Under the pieces are notes generated by a model. That model was not told where the DNA came from. It saw only the letters and a program-made list of their open reading frames with translations, and made no database searches. A stretch of DNA of 64,000 nt from Octopus sinensis (Eukaryota), in NCBI RefSeq assembly GCF_006345805.1, contig NC_043006.1:56544001-56608000 (forward strand), given 5' to 3'. Shown piece by piece: positions 26,050 to 39,140 of this stretch. The stretch's first letter is position 1. Every line of letters starts with the position of its first letter. Position numbers and translations under genes: made by a program.

Positions 26050-26847
26050 AACTTATTTACCTAAGTTTTAACATCACCTTCGAAATTGTCACCTTGCACA
26101 GCAGTACACCGGTCCCTATGTTCCTGCTACTTTGGGAATCCGGCCTAGAAGTAGTTTTCTGTAAGCGAGTCGAGGACCTTCCGCGATTAGCTCTCGACAA
26201 CAGCGACCTTTGAGCTGCAATTTCATTTTGAAGAAAAGATGGAAATCCGCAAGTACTAAATCTGGCAAATAGAGCAGGTGCAGAGGCGATACCATGTTGT
26301 TTTCGGCGAGAAACTCACGAGTCCGGAGAGCTCGGTGACAGGGGGAATTCTCGGCGTGAATAATCCAATTCTTCGTGCTCGAACGCGTCAAAACGTCACA
26401 TTAGAACTCTTGATTGATGGTCTGACCCTGGGGGACAAATTCTCGGTACACAATACCACATTTTTAGAGTTGACGCTCGTGGCAGGTCTTACAGATCGCT
26501 CATCGTTTTCCAGAAACTTTCTTCCGCTTTTGAAGCGTCCGTGCCAAGCGAAACATTGCGTACGACCCATTGTTTCATCAACGTAATCTTTCCGAAGCAT
26601 GCTCAGTGTCTTTCTAAGTTTGGGAAAATTTCACATTGACCCTTTGTTCCTGTCCATGACAAAATCTCAGACTACAGCATACACCTGATCACAGAAACAC
26701 AAATTTCACAACTTGCGAAGTAAACCCAGCAATGTCATTCAGCAAACTGCCTCATGAAGGTCACTACTAGTTCTCACAGTTCTCACATAATACGCCCTCT
26801 GTTAGCGTACTACAGAACTAGTCGGGGAACTGCTTGATACCACCCTG
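26050..26847 (-). mobile_element. Internally deleted mariner element
   Basis: N-terminal TQCFAWHGRFKSGRKFLENDERSVRP joined to C-terminal WIIHAENSPCH...YLPDLVLADFHLF; TIR-like ggtggtatcaagcagttccccgactag. Confidence 0.85.
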
Positions 26848-27371
26848 ACTTCAAAGAAATAGATGAAAAGTTACACATCCCAAATATAGTTGAGACAACC
26901 CGAACTCCAACAAAAGAGCTTCTACGTAGTCGCTCCACCAGCTAGAAAGGGTAACTAAATCTCCTTCAAATCTGATCTGAACACGACTAGTATGGTTTGG
27001 GCTGTCCTACATATAGAAATAAACAGGTTAGCCATAGCTAAAATGCCTTTGTTCATTGACTTACTTGAGTAGAGCTGACATGTGGCTAAACAACAACAGC
27101 TAGAGACAACAAAAGAGCCTCTACCTGATCTGTTCACCTATAAGAAATAGCAGCAAAGTCTTCCTTAAAGTAGACACTACCATATAAAATAAGGATAGAT
27201 TAGACAACGTAGTAATCCTTGGTATATAAAAAGATAAAATGTCCATGACTGAAAGGCTTTGATCCTACATTTGATTGATTATGATTGATCTAAAAAGTTG
27301 CCTTTACGAGTACTGCCGACTTTTAAGGGCCAGTTACCGATGTATAAACTCCCCATCTTGACTGGACGCCG

Positions 27372-27515
27372 GACTACTCATTTTTGTCCGCTGAGTGAAC
27401 TAAAGAAACGTCCAATGGAGTGTTTTTTTCTCAAGAACACAACGCGTCACCCTGTTCAGGAATTGAAACCACAATCTTACGATCGTGAGTCTAACACCCT
27501 AAGCCACGCACCTCC
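27372..27515 (-). mobile_element. SINE family D (5' part)
   Basis: Reverse complement of the 20734 head. Confidence 0.75.
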
Positions 27516-27624
27516 ACATGATTTATCTTAGGATATATAACAACAACCACAACTATATACTTTTTTTAACAACTACGCCGAAATACCCAAACAGAATGTA
27601 TTTAATCTCATTCTTCTTGGTTAG

Positions 27625-27678
27625 GCATTCAGTTTATAAGATATGTAACGATCCTTTCATCAGTCTGAAGCATCTAAA
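27625..27678 (+). CDS. Candidate 54-nt symmetric exon, phase 2-2 (HSVYKICNDPFISLKHL)
   Basis: Acceptor tcattcttcttggttag|, donor AAA|gtaagt, one open frame. Confidence 0.25.
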
Positions 27679-29368
27679 GTAAGTACCAGTAATATATCAC
27701 TGCTATAATGAGTCGACACAATCTATTTTATATTCTCCTTAAAATAATTGACCTTAATGCTTCCGAAAGAAATCGTGGAAGAGGTGAAGAATGGGTAGTG
27801 GCGTTAGTGGCTCTTTAAGGAAGTTGACGAACGTGATTGTCATAGGCTAATGTAAGTGACATTATGTGATCATGATCCCAATTATAATACTGCTTAAAAA
27901 TTTTCCTACCGGAAAGTATATTCAACATTAACCATATTAATGATAATGTTAATGAACAGAGGGAGAATGTGGAGGTGTTTCGAATGGAGAAGTAGAGAAC
28001 GATGAGCTTACTGTAATTATTTTATCGTAGAAAACAATTGAATTTAAAAGCGATAAAAAATAGTAAAAATGTAAGAAGCAGTAACTATCACCCTCTGCTA
28101 CACTGAAACGTACACGCACACTCATCAATCAATCAACCAAAAATCTAAACACCCACAACCTCACGTTTAACCAAAATTAATTCCTCGTATGAGATCATAT
28201 TTTCTATTCATAAAACAGTATTATGTAACAGCTCATGTCTTTATGGCGGCAAAGATAGAAATCTCTCTCAAATGAATGAATGAAACTAAATTGAATCAAT
28301 AAGAATCAATAATAGCTATGATACCTTAGAATACAATCCTGTGGTTCTAACGTAGTGGTAATTACATTTAATACAAATACAGTGGGATATTGAAGCCAAG
28401 AGTGATTTTTCGCATTAGATATCATAATCATGGATGACTCATTGATTAGAGAGCAATAAATTACCTTCTTTCTTCTGCACATTTCTTCTTTCCAATTACA
28501 TTGATATATCTCTCCTTCTTTACTTCTTTTATCTTTTTCTCTCCGTTCTCTGTCTTCTGAAACTGCTGCTGTTTATAAAAGTTAAAATAACAGAGAACAA
28601 GTCCTCTGGCAATATAATTTTCTGACTCAATTTTGCTGAAAATTTGGCACACCAAATATATTGGCAGTAAATACCAGAAAGAAATGTTTTCTTCCTTCAA
28701 TATTACAGTGGTTACTCTAAAGGTCGTGTACCTGAATGCGAAGCATTTGATTTTGACTAAAGGAAAAATCGTCGAAGCCTCTATCATCTCCAACTCTCTT
28801 AATTGATTTTATTGAAACTCCCACTGACCTTTCAGTCATATAAAGCTCGCCCATTTTGCTTGGCATTGTAGTACTGGTTCGGAAGTGTTTGATGACCGCG
28901 AGGTGTTCTGAAACACAATTCAACACTATCGGTATGGCCTGTGTTAAACAAGAAAAGAAAGTAATGTACGGTGAATTTAGAGGATAATCTAAAATATTAT
29001 GTGAATTGTAATAACATCGATGAAATTAAGATAAATAACCAACTTGTGAAAGAAGTTGAATTTGTACGGTTAGTGCAGAAAAAGACCTGATATCCCGAGT
29101 CATACTGATGATTCTTTACGTAAATATCAATTGCTAAAACTTGCAAAACTTTAAAAATATGACGGGGGTAGATCTTTGTCTTTCTATTTTTTAAAGAATT
29201 TTGTTAATCATGGATTAAACGGTTTGCCATGAATTACTTATTTTTTCACTTTCAACATAATTACCCATAGGTAAGTATCTATATAGTTTATGCGAGAATT
29301 GTAATTCTAAAACAATCATGTTTTTTTAAAGACTAGTCTTTACACTTAATGAGACAACTTACGTGATA

Positions 29369-29579
29369 CTCTCTCTTTTACTCTCTTTTACTTGTTTCGG
29401 TCATTTGACTGTGGCCACGCTGGAGCATCGCCTTTAGTCGAGCAAATTGACCCTAGGACTTATTCTTTGTAAGCCTAGTACTTATTCTATCGGTCTCTTT
29501 TGCCGAGCCGATAAGTTACGAGAATGTAAACACACCAGCATCGGTTGTCAAGCGATGTTGGGGGACAAACACAGACACA

Positions 29580-29631
<52 letters not shown>

Positions 29632-29690
29632 TATATATATATACATATACATATATACGACAGGCTTTTTTCAGTTTCCGTTTACCAAAT
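29369..29690 (-). mobile_element. SINE family A
   Basis: Reverse complement of the family A tail and internal microsatellite. Confidence 0.8.
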
Positions 29691-29804
29691 ATATATTCTA
29701 GTTTGATGTTTCACACCATTTATCTTACAATTTCACTTTTCAAAGGCATAAGTATTATATCATAATATTTTATTTATTTTGGAAAATTTCTCTCTATACG
29801 ACAG

Positions 29805-29853
29805 CAAAAATGATTAACAATGAAACAGACTTTAAGCAACCGTTTCATTTGCG
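29805..29853 (+). CDS. Candidate exon, phase 1-2 (KMINNETDFKQPFHLR)
   Basis: Acceptor tttctctctatacgacag|, donor GCG|gtgagt. Confidence 0.33.
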
Positions 29854-30163
29854 GTGAGTTACTAAAGAATAGGAAAAATGATATCGTGAAAGGCTCTTCA
29901 CTAAAAACAATAAGATTATATACCTCTCCAAGAAACAAGATGGAAGAGAGTGTCACTCAACAAAGGCCAAATGAAAGAAACTAAAAGAGTAGAACCTTTC
30001 TTTTAAAGGGGGATACGACAACAGTAAAAGGATGAGATTTGATGGAAAACGAAACATTCGGTTACTAACCTACAGAGAAAGAAGAAGGAAAGAGGGTTAG
30101 ATATAAGAGCACCCTTGAAAATATGTATAGAATAAGGATAAAGTAGCAATTTTCTAACGACAG

Positions 30164-30293
30164 TGAAGAATTGAACTTTTTAACTGTCAAAAAAAGATCA
30201 TCATTGTTGCTTATAAACTCGATCATGGGGGAAAAGAATACCAATAGAGGTAAAACCCACCTTCTTGCTGTGACCGCAGTATTCCATGGATGG
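30164..30293 (+). CDS. Candidate exon, phase 2-0 (EELNFLTVKKRSSLLLINSIMGEKNTNRGKTHLLAVTAVFHGW)
   Basis: Acceptor ttttctaacgacag|, 43 open codons in the phase required by the 29805 exon, donor TGG|gtgagt. Confidence 0.35.
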
Positions 30294-30750
30294 GTGAGTG
30301 AGACACTTAATAAAATAAAGAATAGATAATGATGAGCTTGAACCGACCTTGTGAGTTCCTCAAGCGAGTAATACAATAAAGCTCAATTTTGCTATAAATT
30401 AATGTCACCAACCACTGAACATTCGAATTTATCTAATGTTTCCTAATCTATTTTTACTGGTCTGTTGTTTACGACTCTTACTATGCTTACTGCTGTATAA
30501 TTTCTCTTTATCTATCGCTTTTGTCTTTTACTTATTCCAGTTATTAGGCAGCAGCAATGCTGGAGCATCACCTTGAAGGGTTCTAATCAAACAAATACTT
30601 ATTTTCAAAGTACTTCATTTTAAAACCTGACAATTATTTATTCAGTTGTTTTCATATGTCAAACGCGGGCTTAAGCAAACTAATATTGTTTGTCAAGTGG
30701 TGATGGGGAAAAATACAGACAGACATACGGACACGGACACACATATATAT

Positions 30751-31175
<425 letters not shown>

Positions 31176-31179
31176 TATA

Positions 31180-31476
31180 TGGAAGCGCAATGGCCCAGTA
31201 GTTAGGGAAGCGGACTCGCGGTTTCGATTCCCATACCGGGCGTTGTGAGTGTTTATTGAGCGAAAACACCTAAAGCTCCACGAGGCTCCGGCAGGGGGTG
31301 GTGGCGAACCCTGCCTGTATTCTTTCGCCACAACTTTCTCTCACTCTTTCTTCTATTGGCCTGCTCGCTTAGCCAGCGGAGTGGCGTAACTTGAAGGCTA
31401 AAACAATGCAAAGCGCATTGTGACCAGCGATGTGTAGCAACATCTGATAGTCTGGTCGGTCACGGTGATCACGGTG
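31180..31476 (+). mobile_element. SINE family C
   Basis: tggaagcgcaatggcccag...ggtttcgattccc...cacggtgatcacggtg. Confidence 0.88.
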
Positions 31477-31486
31477 ATATATATAT

Positions 31487-31550
<64 letters not shown>

Positions 31551-31591
31551 ACATCTGTAAATATAAAATGTGACAATTATTCGGTAGCCAT

Positions 31592-31652
31592 GATAAAACT
31601 CCGAGTTTCGGATGTCGGGGCAAAAACCCACGCTGGCATCTCTTCAGTTATC
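31592..31652 (-). ncRNA. Type I hammerhead ribozyme in the inverted pLTR
   Basis: GAUAA-CUGAAGA-GAUG...CAUC-C-GAAA-CUC-g-GAG-UU-UUAUC. Confidence 0.72.
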
Positions 31653-33258
31653 GGGCCATCGAAAAAAATGCTATGAAAATTACCGTTAAAACAAAGGGAT
31701 ATTACTGTGTGGTTGACCGTTATTAAGACAAAAGAGCTATTAGAATGACCGTAAGGGTGGGAGTAAAAGTGTTTATAGCAATCGCGTAAGCGTGCATATC
31801 CATGCATACACATGCGCTCGCACACCCACGTACATGCTCATCCATCCTCACTTGAAACACATGCTCACCCACACATTCGCCAAAAAATATATACATACAC
31901 GCATACACGCTCGCACACATGAACACGGGCACAAAAAAGGTTCAGACACACGTCTATATACGCACATGCACAAGAAACAAAAACACAGAGCTAAAGGCAA
32001 AATACAGAAAAATGTGTAAACATAGTGTAAAAAATTAGCAATAAGAGTAAAACACGTCTATATACGCACATACTGGCATGCACGCACACACACGTCTAAT
32101 ATACCCACTAATGACACGGTTTCGACGAAGAAATACGTGGGCCTTACAGAGGGTAATTTCAAGGCCAGGTTCAATAATCACACCTTGAGCTTCAGGTACC
32201 GGGATAAAAGGAAAATGACCAAATTATCCAGTCATGTATGGTCCTTAAAAGATAAAGGTGTCAGTTACAACATCTATTGGAAAATCTTAGCCATGTGTAA
32301 GCCCTACACCAACGGCAGTGGAAAGTGCGGTCTTTGTGATATGGAAAGATGGATCATCTGGAAAAGCAGCTTAGATCCCGCCACATGTCTAAATTCAAGA
32401 ACTGAACTTTTCGGGTCATGACGAGAGGTGGCTAAATATTTGTTGTTTTTGGTCCCCCACCCCTACCCCGATATTACAGATATCTATATTGTATCCACAT
32501 ACAAGCTTTTTATCTCCCTACACTATTTACTTACCTTTCTTATATATATTATATATATATATATATATATACACATTTATAGAGACAGTGGTCTTATAGT
32601 TTTATTGCTAATATATTTTTTTACTCATAATTCTTTTTTACACATAATTTTTCTGTATTCTACATTCCACTCTGCATTTTTCCTGTGTGTATATAGACGT
32701 ATATATGGAATTTTTGCGCGCGCATGTAGATGTGTGCGTATGTGCGGGTATGTGTGTATATATAAACGTGTGTTTATGCGTGCATGCCAGTATGTGCGTA
32801 TATAGACGGGTTTTACTCTTATTGCTTATTTTTTACACTTTTTTACACAGTTTTCTGTATTTTGCCTTTAGCCCTGTTTTTCCTTGTGCATGTGCGTATA
32901 TATACGTGTTTATGAACCTTTCTTGCGCGCGCGTGCGTGCGCGCGAGCGTGCGCGCGAGCGTGTATGCGGGTATGTATATATTTTTTGACGAATGTGTGG
33001 GTGAGCATGTGTGTGTTTCAAGTGAGGGTGGATGAGTATATACATAAAGGCACATGCACGTGGGTATGCGGGCGCGCATGTGTATGTATGGATATGCACG
33101 CTTACGCGATTGCTATAAACATTTTTACTCCCTTACCCTTACTCCCTCCCCTTACTTAGTAGTCATTCTAATAGCTCTTTTGTCTTAATAACGGTCAACC
33201 ACACAGTAATTTCCCTTTGTTTTAACGGTAATTTTCATAGCATTTTTTTCGATGGCCC

Positions 33259-33319
33259 GATTACTGAAGAGATGCCGGCGTGGGTTTCCGCCCCGACATC
33301 CGAAATTCGGAGTTTTATC
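33259..33319 (+). ncRNA. Hammerhead ribozyme in the direct pLTR (point-mutated sister of 31592)
   Basis: gatta CTGAAGA gatg...catc c GAAA ttc g gag TT ttatc. Confidence 0.62.
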
Positions 33320-33777
33320 ATGGCTACCGAATAATTGTCACACATATTTACAGATAAATTCCTCTATTTACATAATATCAAGATCTCTTTCATTCTTTTG
33401 TTGTCTTGCCATTTCTATCAATATATATATATATATATATACAACTACACAAAAAGACCGCCACTCCTGCTACCATACTACTGAATTATTCCAACAACAT
33501 TAAGCGACATAAAGTTCACTCACACATACACATATAAAGAGTCAAAGCTACACACACAGAGCACATAGACATACATACGCACACAAACACACACACAGAG
33601 GCTTGCACGCACGCACGTACCCACACATTCACACACATACCTCCTTCTCTTACACTCTCCTGTCTTGAAAAGAACTTTTTCTTCACCTATTCCCTTCCGG
33701 TCATTTCAAAATGTAACCACATGTGAATCGTTGGCGATTTACTTTCTCCGTCTTCCTTTTCTATTGGACTTTCCTCT

Positions 33778-33812
33778 GTTTCTGAAGAAGAGCTCTGCTT
33801 GAAACGTTAAAC
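33778..33812 (+). ncRNA. Minimal type I hammerhead, canonical core
   Basis: GUUU-CUGAAGA-a-GAGC(ucu)GCUU-GAAAC-GUU-AAAC. Confidence 0.65.
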
Positions 33813-33920
33813 CATCTTTCTTTCCTTCCCTGAACGTCTGCTAATACTTTACATGTACCAGGTCCTCGCGCTGTTGTGTTTTTTTGTGTTTGTTGTTCTG
33901 TTTTGGATTTACTATATATA

Positions 33921-34074
33921 TACGACTCACTTATCTCAGTTTTCCTCTATCAAATCTACTCACAAGGCTTTAGTAGGCCTGGTCTATAGTAGAAGATACC
34001 CAAGGTGCCACACATTGGTCTGGACCCGGAACTCTGTAACTGGGAGCCAAACTACTTAGCCCACAGCCACACCT
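33921..34074 (-). mobile_element. SINE family A head, diverged
   Basis: Reverse complement of the head (ccacagccacacc...cacaaggcttt). Confidence 0.65.
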
Positions 34075-34577
34075 TTACTGATTTATTATGTTTATTGATT
34101 TTGCAATGTTTACATATATTTACTATTTCATATTTATTGATCTATTGTGTCTGTTGATTTATGTTCATTGATTTTGTTTGGCGTATTACCACAAACTAAT
34201 CACACAGATAAAAGAGAAAGCAATGACATTCTTAAAGCTTTTTGACTTTCTCATAAATGTTAAAAAAAACAAAAATGGCTTTAACTGAGTATCGAAACCC
34301 AGTTGTAGTTTCAGCTTGTGATTCAGTTTATTTGAAATTGTGTTTGGTGGTGACGATGATGTTTAGCTGTCAGGTCATCTCTTTGCTAGTAGACAACTGA
34401 TCAAAAGCATTCGTCAATGCTGACATTTTGTATGTCTAGGACATTGACCAGTTTCTCCTTCATTCTTTGTTGTGGTAATATGTGATGCGAAGGATTGACT
34501 ACTATATCTAATATATCGAGCGACCACGTAGTGGCTTTCGTTCGTTGGCTTGACTCATCTGACATTTATCTCTGCAG

Positions 34578-34652
34578 CAATATGCTCAATTAGAAGCTCA
34601 GCGAAGAAAACAAAATAATGAATTTTATAAATCTGAAGCACTTATAATATAA
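34578..34652 (+). CDS. Candidate terminal exon, phase 0 (QYAQLEAQRRKQNNEFYKSEALII*)
   Basis: Acceptor atttatctctgcag|; phase matches the 30293 donor. Confidence 0.28.
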   Translation, partial: QYAQLEAQRRKQNNEFYKSEALII

Positions 34653-35343
34653 CTCTTAGAACACCCAATATATTTCAATTATAACCACCCATATGGCATA
34701 CCATTTTTAAACTACTTAGCCATAATTTATAAAGAAACAACATTTGCTTCTTCTGATAAATAGCAGTTTAAGGAAATAGAAGAGCTCTTCTCGTCATTGA
34801 AATGCTTTATTTGTGAATACAAGCAAACTCATGCAACAATGTTTATAAATGGTACGAATTTGTTTTAATATTAGTAATTTGTCGTTTAAGCAAATAGTTT
34901 GAAGTAGCATTTCCTTGTCCGAGCATAGAATAAAAATATTACATTCTCTTTCGTTAAATACTCGAAGCAAAATAAATATCTATTCAAGCAGATTGTAAAG
35001 ACGAACTGTGTTGAATAACAATGGGGTGGGGAACATAGCTCGCTACCCGAAGAAATATTATTCATTGTAGGAAAACGAAGAATATTTTTCTCCTAGACTA
35101 TTTTGTCTTCTGGGTATCTCCACCAGCAACTTCTAACCTCGATGCAGATGTGCTGAAGGTGGAGTGCAGCACCAAATGATTTATCGTAAGCTTCACTACA
35201 TAACTTTAGGTTCACATTTTCGCCGGAGACGGGGACAGATTCCTAACTTTTTGAATATCTGACTTATTACTGTTGCTTCACAAAAATATGTCTTATATAA
35301 GACACCCCTAAATGAAATATAGATTGTTAATATTTGTTCTTCC

Positions 35344-35398
<55 letters not shown>

Positions 35399-35405
<7 letters not shown>

Positions 35406-35618
35406 AATCCGTTCTGTCTGTGTGTGTGTGTGTGTCTTCTAGGATCTCGGGCATCCTCCATCCGATTGTACTCAAATTTGATTTGTAGATACCGACGGTA
35501 TCAGGGCGTGTATAAGTCTTGAAAAAATTACAAAAATCGATTCCAGGTGAGAATGCGATCGATAAAGCCGTGGGAACAGGCATTTGTACGAGCAAGTACA
35601 TCAGCTGTTGCCACTAGC
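35399..35618 (+). mobile_element. Possible non-autonomous Helitron-type element
   Basis: Starts tataaaatccgttctgtctgtgtg (microsatellite near the 5' end) and ends in CTAG. Confidence 0.45.
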
Positions 35619-36084
35619 TTTTCCATGCCCTTGAACATCCCGTAAAGTAAGTTAGCTTAAAATTAGTTACTAAGTTCCCTAGGTTATTGCTTTTCATCAA
35701 AAATCGCCCAAAGTTGATTTCCTACATATTTTATCGGATAAACTTATTATTGTCCCAGGTACGTTCTCATAAATTCATCATGCTTTTCCATCTAGATTTA
35801 CCTCCAGCTAACCCATTTGCATGCATCGTTTTTGTCCTGCTTTTTTTCTGTCAACATGTACATAACTGCACCTTCCATTTTTTGTTGTTTTTGTACTGCT
35901 TAAAGGCACGTTTCTTTCCTGCCAAGCTTGCTGTTTAAACCATGTTTGTGTTTTCCCAGTCAACAGCATTATCATTACTGGTACTTTAAACTCTTCGGTT
36001 GCATATTTGTGTGAATAAAATCGTTTTTCTTTGGAATAGAAAAGAAGTCTATCTTTATTTCTTCTTTTGCTGGTGTCTCAATTT

Positions 36085-36342
36085 GGGGCCTGAAATTTGG
36101 GGGGAGGGAACTAGTCGATTACATCGATTTCAGTGCGTAACTGGTGGTTAATGTATCGACTCCGAAAGGGTGAAAAGCAAAGTCAACCTCGGTGGAATTT
36201 GAACTCAGAACGTAAGGGAGGACGAAATGCTGGTAAGCATTTTATCTGACGCGGTAACGTTTCTGCCAACAACTCGCCGCCTTGATGATGATGATGATGA
36301 TAATAAATAATAATAACAATAATAATAATAATAATAATAATA

Positions 36343-36397
<55 letters not shown>

Positions 36398-37269
36398 CCT
36401 TTCTACTAAAGGTCTGAAATTTGGGGGGAGGGATCTAGTCGATTAAATCGACCCCAGTGCGTAACTGGTACTTATTTTATCGACCCCGAAAGGATGAAAA
36501 GCAAAGTCGACCTTGGTGGAATTTGAACTCAGAACATAGCGGCAGACAAAATACCTATTTCTTTACTACCCACAAGGGGCTAAACACAGAGAGGACAAAC
36601 AAGGACAGACAAACGGATTAAGTCGATTATATTGATCCCAGTGTGTAACTGGTACTTAATTTATCAATCCCGAAAGGATGAAAGGCAAAGTCGACCTCGG
36701 TGGAATTTGAACTCAGAACGTAACGGCAGACGAAATACGGCTACGCATTTCACCCGGCGTGCTAACGTTTCTGCCAGCTCACCGCCTTAACAATAATAAC
36801 AATACTCCTTTCTATTATAGGCACAAGGCTTGAAATTTGGGGGGAGGGGATAGTTGATTACATCGACCCCAGTACTTAACTGGTATTTAATTTATCGACC
36901 CCTAAAGGATGAAAAGTAAAGTAGACCTCGGTGGAATTTGAACTCAGATCGTAGCGATGGGCGAAATACCTCTAAGCATTTCGTCCAGTGCGCTAACAAT
37001 TCTGCCAGCTAGCCACCTTAACAACAACAATAACAACACAAGAATAATAGTAATCCTTTCTACTATAGGCACCAGGCTTGGATTTTGTGGGGAAAGGGAT
37101 TGTTGATTACCTTGATCCCAGTGTTTCACTCTTACTCAACTTATCGACCCCAAAAGCATGAAAGGCAAGATCGATCTCGGCGGAATTTAAACTCAGAACG
37201 TAACGGACTAGCGAATTACCGCTGAGAATTTCGTCCAGCGTGCTAACGATTCTGCCAGCTCACCGCCTT
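36085..37269 (-). mobile_element. Chain of four co-oriented family B SINEs separated by (AAT/AAC)n
   Basis: Copies at ~36085-36283, 36398-36788, 36806-37019, 37053-37269. Confidence 0.88.
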
Positions 37270-37383
37270 AACAACAAGAAGAAGAAGAACGGAGACGTAA
37301 ACATACAAACACCGGTTATCAAGCGGTGGTGGGATACAAACAACGCGCGCGCACACATATGACGTATATATGCATATATAAAT

Positions 37384-38823
37384 ATGGTTACAAAATTCGC
37401 ACCTTCATATGCCAACCTGGTGATGGGTTTCCTGGAGAACAAACTATACGATGAAATAGGGAACGTCTTCGAACACGACTTCAGAGAAGACACCAAGAAA
37501 AAGTGGAAACGCTACCTCGGTGACTGCTTCATCTTTTGGAACAGATCAGAAGAAGACCTACGAACATTCCACAACATCCTCAATACGCTGCACCCATCTA
37601 TCAACTTCACAATAGATACCAGCCACAGCGAACTTCCCTTCCTAGACATCAACATCAAAATACACAACTCCATTGTCACAACAGACATCCACTACAAAAA
37701 AACTGACACACACCAAAATTTAAATTTCCACTCCTGCCACCCATCCCACACAAAAAGAAACATCCCATATAGTATGGCAAGACGAATATGTAGCATAGTA
37801 ACTGATTCACAAATACGACTAATAAGACTAGATGAACTTAAAAACTTCCTCCTAGAGTAAAAATACCCCCTTAAACTAATAGAAAATGGAATCACAAGAG
37901 CATTGAAACTAGACATCGCACAACTCAGGACACCCAAAACAAAAAACAAAGAAAACATTATCCCTTTTATAAACACGCACAACCCTGGAGTTACCAACAT
38001 GTTCCAAATCATACATTCAAACCTACCAATAGCCTTACAAAGTCCCAAAATGAAAAACATATTAAACAAGTATAGCATAAAAAACAGTAGACGACAGGAC
38101 AAAAACCTAAAGAAACACCTAACAAGAGCGAAATTCTCTTCAGAAACTAAAACGGAAGTCTTTGCAAAAGAGTGCGGAGATGGTAGATGTGGGATCTGCA
38201 GCAACCCCACCTACAAATGCATAGAGGGAAACAGTGAGATGAGATTTAAAAGTGGTTACGTATTCAAAGTAAATGCAGATATGAACTGCAAGACGCAGAA
38301 CGTTATATACTGCATAACCTGCCCCACGTGCAAGGAGGATTACATAGGAGAAACTGGTAATTCTTTGTGCCAGCGAGCCAGGATTCACCGACAACATGTT
38401 CGGCAGGAAGAACTACGCAAGATACCACTAAGTACACACCTAGCTACGTGTGGAGAAGGAAAGTTTAAGATCTTTCCCTTCTACAAATGTCCGAAGAACG
38501 ACACCTCTTTCAGGAGGAATATGGAAAAATATTTCATAGCTAAGTTCTCCCCAAAATTAAATGGCTTAAATTTTACTCATCATACATTGAAGGACAAATC
38601 TTTCGATTTACAATATAATATAGTAGAACATTTAGTATATGTGTGTATATATATATTACCTGTTATATACATTATATTATTTTTGTAATTTACTTAATCT
38701 TTACTTTTTAATTGTCATTTTAATTTTAACTTTCCTATGATATGCAATTTTCAAGATGGTGTAATTTGATTGTTCATTTTGAATCGATAAAAGGTGTTTT
38801 TTTCTAATATTTCATGTATAAGC

Positions 38824-38864
<41 letters not shown>

Positions 38865-39140
38865 CATTGAAGGACATATCTTTCTATTTACAATTTAATA
38901 TAGTAGAACATTTAGTATATGTATGTATATGTATATATGTGTGTGTGTATATATATATTGCCTGTTATATACATTATATTATTTTTGTAATTTACTTAAT
39001 CTTTACTTTTTAATTGTCAATTTTAATTTTAACTTTCCTATGATATGCAATTTTCAAGATGGTTTAATTTAATGGTTCATTTTGAATCGATAAAAGGTGT
39101 TTTTTTCTAATATTTCATGTATAAGCATGTATATATATAT
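37384..39140 (+). mobile_element. 5'-truncated Neptune-like PLE (RT + GIY-YIG) with two tandem ~280-bp 3' repeats
   Basis: KFAPSYANLVMGFLE, RYLGDC (RYxDD with D>G), one in-frame stop at 37858-37860, CGDGRCGIC, NVIYCITCPTCKEDYIGETG, PKLNG; repeats start at 38584 and 38864. Confidence 0.93.

Larger units (their letters stand above)
31553..33355 (+). mobile_element. 5'-truncated PLE: inverted pLTR + GIY-YIG C-terminus + direct pLTR
   Basis: KKYVGLTEGNFKARFNNHTLSF...LSSHVWSLK...CGLC...LNSRTEL at ~32120-32460; 31553-32110 is the reverse complement of ~32690-33355. Confidence 0.88.

Noticed and set aside
28465-28932. Two minus-strand exon candidates (AIPIVLNCVSEH...MLRIQ; QFQKTENGEKK...)
   Set aside because: Plausible splice signals, but they overlap equally plausible plus-strand acceptors, no homology is recognised, and the strand cannot be decided
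32100-32130. Half hammerhead (GAAAC-cgt-GUC) on the minus strand
   Set aside because: No core or stem II upstream; the plus strand here is GIY-YIG coding sequence (NDTVSTKKYVG)
38745-38795. Hammerhead in the 280-bp 3' repeats of the 37384 PLE
   Set aside because: Only vague similarity (caaga...gaatcgat); core and stems cannot be built
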